This document shows, piece by piece, positions 27,579 through 32,000 of a stretch of 32,000 nucleotides of DNA. The notes below the pieces were generated by a model. That model was not told the DNA's origin, did not search any database, and saw only the letters and a list, made by a program, of their open reading frames with translations. This DNA comes from Sinorhizobium meliloti (GTDB lineage Bacteria; Pseudomonadota; Alphaproteobacteria; Rhizobiales; Rhizobiaceae). Location: positions 1,020,001 to 1,052,000 of the forward strand of contig NZ_JAGIOS010000001.1 of NCBI RefSeq assembly GCF_017876815.1. The letters are read 5' to 3'. Within the stretch, counting starts at the first letter, position 1; the number at the start of each line of letters is the position of its first letter. A program made the translations under genes and the position numbers.

Positions 27579-28843
27579 TGTTTAGCCCGGGGACATGGCG
27601 GACACCTGTTCGGATACATCACTGACGGATTGCTTGTTGGTCAAGTTGATTGTTGCGATGTGATGGGCACCGAAGAAAGCGCCATAGTGGCCGTCGCGGT
27701 CGAGCGGGCGGATGGCGAGGCGTTCTCCGCAGAAAGCTTTGGGAACTTTCCATAGCCGGCCTTTGAAGCTGACATAGGCTTTGGTGGCGGAAACCTTGCG
27801 CACGATCTCGCCCTCGTCATAGACGGGCTCGGGCAGGCGATCCGGCATGGCGCGCGGACTGGGGTGGTAGCGGCTGGCCGGCACGTCATGATCGAGTGCC
27901 CCATGCGGGCGCTCGAAATTGTAAAGCTCGCGCCAGGCATCGAAGGCGCGCTGAACGGCAGCAAGATCCCTGAAACGGTCAAAGGCGAACACCTCGGCCT
28001 TGAGTGTGCGATGGAAGCGTTCATTCTTGCCACGGCTCTGCGGATGGTAGGGGCGACTGTGCAGTAGGGCGACGCCGAGCTTCAGAAGCCATACGCCGAG
28101 GCCGGTCCAGCCCTCGCCTGACGGATCGCCCCATGGCGCGCCATTATCCACGAACATGGCGTCCGGCAGCCCGTAGCGCCGGAATGTCCGCTCCAGATGG
28201 CCGCGTACGGTCGCGCCTCGCTGATCGGCGCAGGCCATGAGACAAGGCACGAAGCGGGAATGGTCATCGATCACCGTCAACGGGTGGCAGAGCGTGGCGT
28301 CGGCCAATTGCACCCAGCCCTTGAAATCCATTTGCCAGAGCTGGTTCGGCGCCTCCTTCTCGAAGCGCTGCAACGCCGGCGCGCCGCCCGGCGGTGCTAC
28401 GATCCGATCATGGCGCTTGAGGATGGCATGAACGGTCGAAACCGCCGGCGGGTGGGTTCCCTGCCGTTCCAGATAGCCCACAATTTTGCGCGCCCCCCAT
28501 GCCGGATGCGCATCGCGCACCCCAAGCACCTCGGTCTCTACCGCTTCGTTGCAACGCATCGGACTTATATGCGGGCGCCGTGAGCGATCCGCCAACTCGC
28601 GGTCGCCGGCTTCCCACCGCGCCAGCCATTTATAACCGATATCCGGGCTGATCCCGAACCGCCGGCACAATTCCCGCCGGTTCACACCCTCCTCAAGCGC
28701 AAGTCGCACAAACTCCCGCCGCTCTCCCATCGTCGATACCTCTCGCCACGGCATGGAATACCCCCTTCGAAGCCAAATCCATGCCAGTATGACGTGTCAG
28801 CCATCTCCCCGAACACCCGTCAGTTATGTCCCCGGGCTAAACA
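27579..28843 (-). mobile_element. IS481-family insertion sequence, apparently intact (1265 bp)
   Basis: Perfect 18-bp terminal inverted repeats TGTTTAGCCCGGGGACAT (27579-27596) / ATGTCCCCGGGCTAAACA (28826-28843). 5-bp direct duplication ACGAG at 27574-27578 and 28844-28848. A single DDE transposase ORF fills the element. Confidence 0.92.
27582..28754 (-). CDS. IS481-family DDE transposase (HTH + rve integrase core)
   Basis: 390 aa, MPWREVSTMGERREFVRLALEEGVNRRELCRRFGISPDIGYKWLARW...WQMDFKG...VIDDHSR...VDNGAPW...SRPYHPQSRGKNERFHRTLK... The stop codon lies inside the left IR. Confidence 0.93.
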   Translation of the reverse strand: MPWREVSTMGERREFVRLALEEGVNRRELCRRFGISPDIGYKWLARWEAGDRELADRSRRPHISPMRCNEAVETEVLGVRDAHPAWGARKIVGYLERQGTHPPAVSTVHAILKRHDRIVAPPGGAPALQRFEKEAPNQLWQMDFKGWVQLADATLCHPLTVIDDHSRFVPCLMACADQRGATVRGHLERTFRRYGLPDAMFVDNGAPWGDPSGEGWTGLGVWLLKLGVALLHSRPYHPQSRGKNERFHRTLKAEVFAFDRFRDLAAVQRAFDAWRELYNFERPHGALDHDVPASRYHPSPRAMPDRLPEPVYDEGEIVRKVSATKAYVSFKGRLWKVPKAFCGERLAIRPLDRDGHYGAFFGAHHIATINLTNKQSVSDVSEQVSAMSPG

Positions 28844-29072
28844 ACGAGCACAGGGATGAGGGTGGAGAGGGTGCGGTCCCTCAGAATACTTCTCATGGGT
28901 GCGCGGATGTCGAGGACCCAGTCCCCAAGCGAAGGTGCCGTAACGCCCGTGCCCTGCCTCCCTCATTCCTGTGCTCGTCACAGGAATCCAGCCAGGCCAA
29001 GTCATTGGGCTGAAAAGACTCTTCCGCGCCGCAGATGCGGCGCTGCCGGATCCCTGTGACGAGCACATGAGG
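28844..29072. repeat. A/B hairpin repeat, final more diverged unit after the IS
   Basis: Right half of the split hairpin B (CACAGGGAT, 28849-28857), a diverged linker, hairpin A at 28965-28987, hairpin C, and a decayed terminal hairpin B (ATCCCTGTGACGAGCACATGA from 29050). Confidence 0.9.
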
Positions 29073-29088
29073 AAGAGGGCAACATGCC

Positions 29089-29715
29089 TCAGCTATGCGC
29101 GAAGATGTCCGCCTCTTCCCAGCCGAGCAGATCGAGCTTGGCACGCGTGGGGAGAAACGAGAAGCAGGCCTCGGCGAGTTCCATCCGGCCATCGCGCAGG
29201 AGCCGCGCCGTCAGCTTGTCGCGCAGCGCATGCAGGTGGAGCACGTCGGAGGCGGCATATTCGAGCTGCGCCGGCGAAAGAATGTCGGCGGCCCAATCGG
29301 AAGACTGCTGCTGCTTGGAAATGTCGATGTCGAGCAGTTCCTTGAGATTGTCCTTGAGACCGTGCCGGTCCGTATAGGTGCGGGCGAGGCGCGAGGCGAT
29401 CTTGGTGCAGAAGACCGGCGACGCGGTGACGCCGAAGGTATGGAACAGCACGGCGATGTCGAAGCGGCCGAAATGGAAGATCTTCTGGCGCGTCGGATCG
29501 GCGAGCATCGAGACGAGGTTCGGCGCCTGCTTCTGGCCGGCGGAGATGCGGATCACATCGGCAGTCCCGTCGCCGGACGAGAGCTGCACGACGCAAAGGC
29601 GGTCGCGACGCGGGACCAGGCCGAGCGTTTCCGTATCGATCGCGATCGCGCCCGTATAGCGGGCGGCGTCGGTCTCGGAAATGTCGCCCTCGTGGAACCT
29701 TATTGTATTCGCCAT
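29089..29715 (-). CDS. RNase D-like 3'-5' exonuclease (DEDDy family, short form)
   Basis: 208 aa, MANTIRFHEGDISETDAARYTGAIAIDTETLGL (DxE)...HFGRFDIAVL...EYAASDVLHL (Yx3D). Trimmed to the ATG at 29715. Confidence 0.88.
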   Translation of the reverse strand: MANTIRFHEGDISETDAARYTGAIAIDTETLGLVPRRDRLCVVQLSSGDGTADVIRISAGQKQAPNLVSMLADPTRQKIFHFGRFDIAVLFHTFGVTASPVFCTKIASRLARTYTDRHGLKDNLKELLDIDISKQQQSSDWAADILSPAQLEYAASDVLHLHALRDKLTARLLRDGRMELAEACFSFLPTRAKLDLLGWEEADIFAHS

Positions 29716-29922
29716 CGAAAATCCCCAGATCGTTACTTGCATGTTTCCCTGAGAACGGCTCAGGAAGCCTGCTGAGATTCAAGTGCTGCAGCGATCCCGG
29801 CCTGTCTGATCAGGCTCGCGGGCGCTGTGGAGCGTAGCTGGCCTATAGCGCATGTTGGCCGGCCGCGATACCTTGTCCTTCGGCGGACGTTCCGTTTGCC
29901 GGCACCCCGAGAAAGTTCGTAT

Positions 29923-30252
29923 ATGACCTGGTTCCGTTTCGCCTTGGCGCCTTCCGTCATCGCCCTGATATTGACCCTCTCGCCCGGTGCCGGCCTCGCC
30001 GGCGAGGCGACATTCGAGCTGGCGCAGGCCTTCCACGACCTGCCGGGCGTGCGGCCGGTGGACCCGCTGCGCGACGATAAGAACATCGTTTGCCAGCAGG
30101 TTTTCATCGACCGCTACGGTCCTTTCGAGTCGTCTCACGGCCGCCCGCGTTACGATACGACCTATCGCTGCCGCGAGGGCAGCGGACCGATCTTCCAAAG
30201 CGGCGAACTGCCGCCGTCGCTGGAACGGCAGAAGCGCGGCCTCAACTATTGA
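29923..30252 (+). CDS. Hypothetical small secreted protein
   Basis: 109 aa. Signal peptide MTWFRFALAPSVIALILTLSPGAGLAGE, two Cys, ordinary composition. No family recognised. Confidence 0.6.
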   Translation: MTWFRFALAPSVIALILTLSPGAGLAGEATFELAQAFHDLPGVRPVDPLRDDKNIVCQQVFIDRYGPFESSHGRPRYDTTYRCREGSGPIFQSGELPPSLERQKRGLNY

Positions 30253-30337
30253 GGTCGAGCCAAGAAAAAAGCACGCTTGCATTGCACGCTCGGGAAAGAC
30301 GAAACTACGCCCGGGACGGCACTGACTGGAGGAAACC

Positions 30338-31384
30338 ATGCCCGAAACCGACAGGCCGCGAACCGACAGGCCACTTGTCATCAGCGCGCCCGCGCCGCGT
30401 ACGCTCGATCTGATCTTCACGCCCGACGCGCTCGAGCGTCTTCACCGGCGCTACCGCGTGATCGAAGCCGATCCGGAGAACATCGCCGGGCTCGGCTCCG
30501 CCGTCCTCTCCGAGGCCCGCTATATCGTCGGACAGCCGCCGCTTTCCGCGGACACGCTCGAGCGCATGCCGCGGCTGCGGGCCGTTCTCAACGTCGAAAG
30601 CAATCTCATCGACAACATGCCCTACGACGTGGTTTTCCGGCGCGGCATCCACGTGCTCACCACCGGCCAGGTCTTCGCCGAACCGGTGGCGGAGATGGGG
30701 CTCGCCATGGCGCTCAACCTCGCCCGCGGCATCGTCGATGCGGATGTGGATTTCCGAGAGGGGCGCGAGCGTTGGGGCGGTGAGGGCAACAAGTCCGCCC
30801 GGCTCCTCTCGGGCTCGGAGATCGGCATCATCGGCTTCGGCGATCTCGGCAAGGCGCTCAACCGCGTCCTTTCGGGATTTCGTGCGAAGATCCGCGTCCA
30901 TGATCCCTGGCTGCCGGCCTCCGTTCTTCTCGACGCCGGCGTCGAACCGGCGTCGCTCGAGACGGTCCTCGCCGAGAGCGACTTCCTGTTTGTCGTCGCA
31001 GCGGTAACCAGCGACAATGAGGGCTTCCTCGGCGCCAAGGCCTTCGCGGCCATGCGTCCGGGCGCCGCCTTCATTCTCCTGAGCCGCGCCGGAGTCGTGG
31101 ATTTCGATGCATTGATCGCAGCCGTCGAAAGCGGCCATATCCGCGCGGCAAGCGACGTCTTCCCGGAGGAGCCCCTGCCCCTCGGACATCCTGTCCGCCG
31201 GCTACCCGGCTTCCTGCGCTCGGCGCACCGGGCCGGTGCGCTCGACATCGCCTTCAAGAGGATGGGCGAGATGGTGCTCGAGGATATGGAACTGATGGAC
31301 CGCAGCCTGCCGCCGATGCGCTGCAAGCGGGCGGAGCGGGAGACGGTGGCCCGAATGCGCTCAAAGCCCGTCACCGTCAACTGA
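30338..31384 (+). CDS. D-isomer-specific 2-hydroxyacid dehydrogenase family protein (NAD-binding)
   Basis: 348 aa. GxGxxG (IGIIGFGDLGKAL), ...RVHDPW..., catalytic-region motifs (LLSRAG, DVFPEEP). GGAGGA lies upstream of the ATG. Confidence 0.88.
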   Translation: MPETDRPRTDRPLVISAPAPRTLDLIFTPDALERLHRRYRVIEADPENIAGLGSAVLSEARYIVGQPPLSADTLERMPRLRAVLNVESNLIDNMPYDVVFRRGIHVLTTGQVFAEPVAEMGLAMALNLARGIVDADVDFREGRERWGGEGNKSARLLSGSEIGIIGFGDLGKALNRVLSGFRAKIRVHDPWLPASVLLDAGVEPASLETVLAESDFLFVVAAVTSDNEGFLGAKAFAAMRPGAAFILLSRAGVVDFDALIAAVESGHIRAASDVFPEEPLPLGHPVRRLPGFLRSAHRAGALDIAFKRMGEMVLEDMELMDRSLPPMRCKRAERETVARMRSKPVTVN

Positions 31385-31519
31385 AGAGTGATGGGCAGCA
31401 CAACTGCCTTTATCCTGGCCGCGCGGCGCTGTAGCGCAGCTCGTACACGGCCGGTGGTGCTATGAAAATCCGGTGCAATGCTGCAAAGATCGGAATCCGG
31501 ATTCAAGGACATCGAAAGC

Positions 31520-32000
31520 ATGCAAGATTCCAACGCGGACAAGCCTTCCCGGACCTGGACCAGCTCACTGCGGTCGCTGCTCGGTCTCGTGATGGTTGCT
31601 ATGCTCATCGTCGTGTCCGCGACGCTGGTGGGGCTTGACTACCGCCGCGCACGCAGCGCTGCGATCGCCGGTGCCGAAGACAATATGGATGCCTTCGTCG
31701 GCCGCCTGGTCGATCGGCTCGGCGCCCTCTCCGGGGACACCTCCGCGCTCGTCAGCCTCGTCGCATCCGTCGCCAATTCCTTTCTCGTGCCTCCGCCGGA
31801 GCGCATGAACGACAAGGTGGCAGTGCTGCGCGAGGGCATCGCCCGCTCGCCGCACATCGACGGCGTCTATGTCGGTTATCCGAGCGGCGCATTCTTTCAT
31901 GTGGTCGATCTGGATTCGGCCGCCTGGCGCATGGCCCTGGACGCACCGCGGGGGGCGGCGATCGCCGTGCGCTCGATGGAGAGGAACGACCAGGGCAAGC
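31520..32000 (+). CDS. Membrane-anchored sensor protein with Cache-like periplasmic domain, N-terminal part (runs off the right edge)
   Basis: Not in the track (no stop in the window). ATG at 31520: MQDSNADKPSRTWTSSLRSLLGLVMVAMLIVVSATLVGLDYRRARSAAIAGAEDNMDAFVGRLVDRL...SPHIDGVYVGYPSGAFFHVVDL... A TM helix followed by a Cache-type pattern. The output domain is unseen. Confidence 0.6.
   Translation, partial: MQDSNADKPSRTWTSSLRSLLGLVMVAMLIVVSATLVGLDYRRARSAAIAGAEDNMDAFVGRLVDRLGALSGDTSALVSLVASVANSFLVPPPERMNDKVAVLREGIARSPHIDGVYVGYPSGAFFHVVDLDSAAWRMALDAPRGAAIAVRSMERNDQGK

Noticed and set aside
26958-27622. Family of 95-185-aa ORFs on both strands with recurring peptides (LDPCDEHRDEGG, WIPVTSTGMREAGMHG, PVLVTGIQP)
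   Set aside because: They are translations of the tandem 221-bp repeat. Identical peptides recur only because the DNA recurs, and there are no SD sequences. The same applies to the PSPRLRGEG and PTPPHKGEGL peptides from the other repeat families.
26545-29072. CRISPR-like look: short palindromic 23-nt repeats recurring at regular spacing
   Set aside because: The 'spacers' are themselves repeated (identical 62-nt and 113-nt segments). The palindromes alternate as inverted variants A and B, the period is 221 bp, and there are no cas genes. It is a tandem structured repeat, not a CRISPR array.
31421-31500. tRNA-like string GCGCGGCGCTGTAGCGCAGC
   Set aside because: It resembles an acceptor/D-arm start, but there is no T-arm (GTTCRANYC) and no cloverleaf or complementary acceptor 3' strand within 70-90 nt.

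Overview
High-GC alphaproteobacterial chromosome segment that looks Rhizobiaceae-like (infC-rpmI-rplT-pheS-pheT synteny, mbfA with an Irr ICE box, exoD, RIME-type intergenic repeats). I support 34 protein-coding genes (two run off the window edges and are missing from the ORF track) and one toxin pseudogene. I found no tRNA, rRNA or CRISPR. Most of the window is housekeeping: the translation cluster (infC with an ATT start, rpmI, rplT, pheS, pheT), lepA, and a complete EF-P beta-lysylation module (efp divergent from epmA-epmB). The rest are ordinary metabolic, regulatory and envelope genes: SDR, YciE/F-like, LysR + aldo/keto reductase, alpha/beta hydrolase, BTLCP cysteine peptidase, mbfA, cfa, OmpA-like lipoprotein, exoD, XRE-cupin + GNAT, MFS, rnk, DoxX, SelW-like Rdx, RNase D-like exonuclease and a 2-hydroxyacid dehydrogenase. 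Many long ORFs in the track are antisense high-GC artefacts. The intergenic DNA holds at least four structured repeat families. The one clearly accessory patch is 26.5-29.1 kb. There, an intact, AT-shifted 96-aa GIY-YIG nuclease gene sits inside a tandem array of 221-bp three-hairpin repeats, and those repeats align to both edges of the gene cassette as if they were its internally deleted, MITE-like derivatives. An IS481-family element (perfect 18-bp IRs, 5-bp target duplication) has inserted exactly into the loop of one repeat hairpin. I rank this GIY-YIG/repeat association as the best candidate for an undescribed system. Other points worth a second look: an orphan ccdA antitoxin followed by only the last ~27 codons of ccdB; a nested palindrome with G-quadruplex motifs on both strands next to the mbfA ICE box; MITE-like elements with ~47-bp hairpin-containing inverted ends; and a perfect CtrA box upstream of the BTLCP gene. 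All calls come from reading the sequence and recalling protein families. No searches were run.
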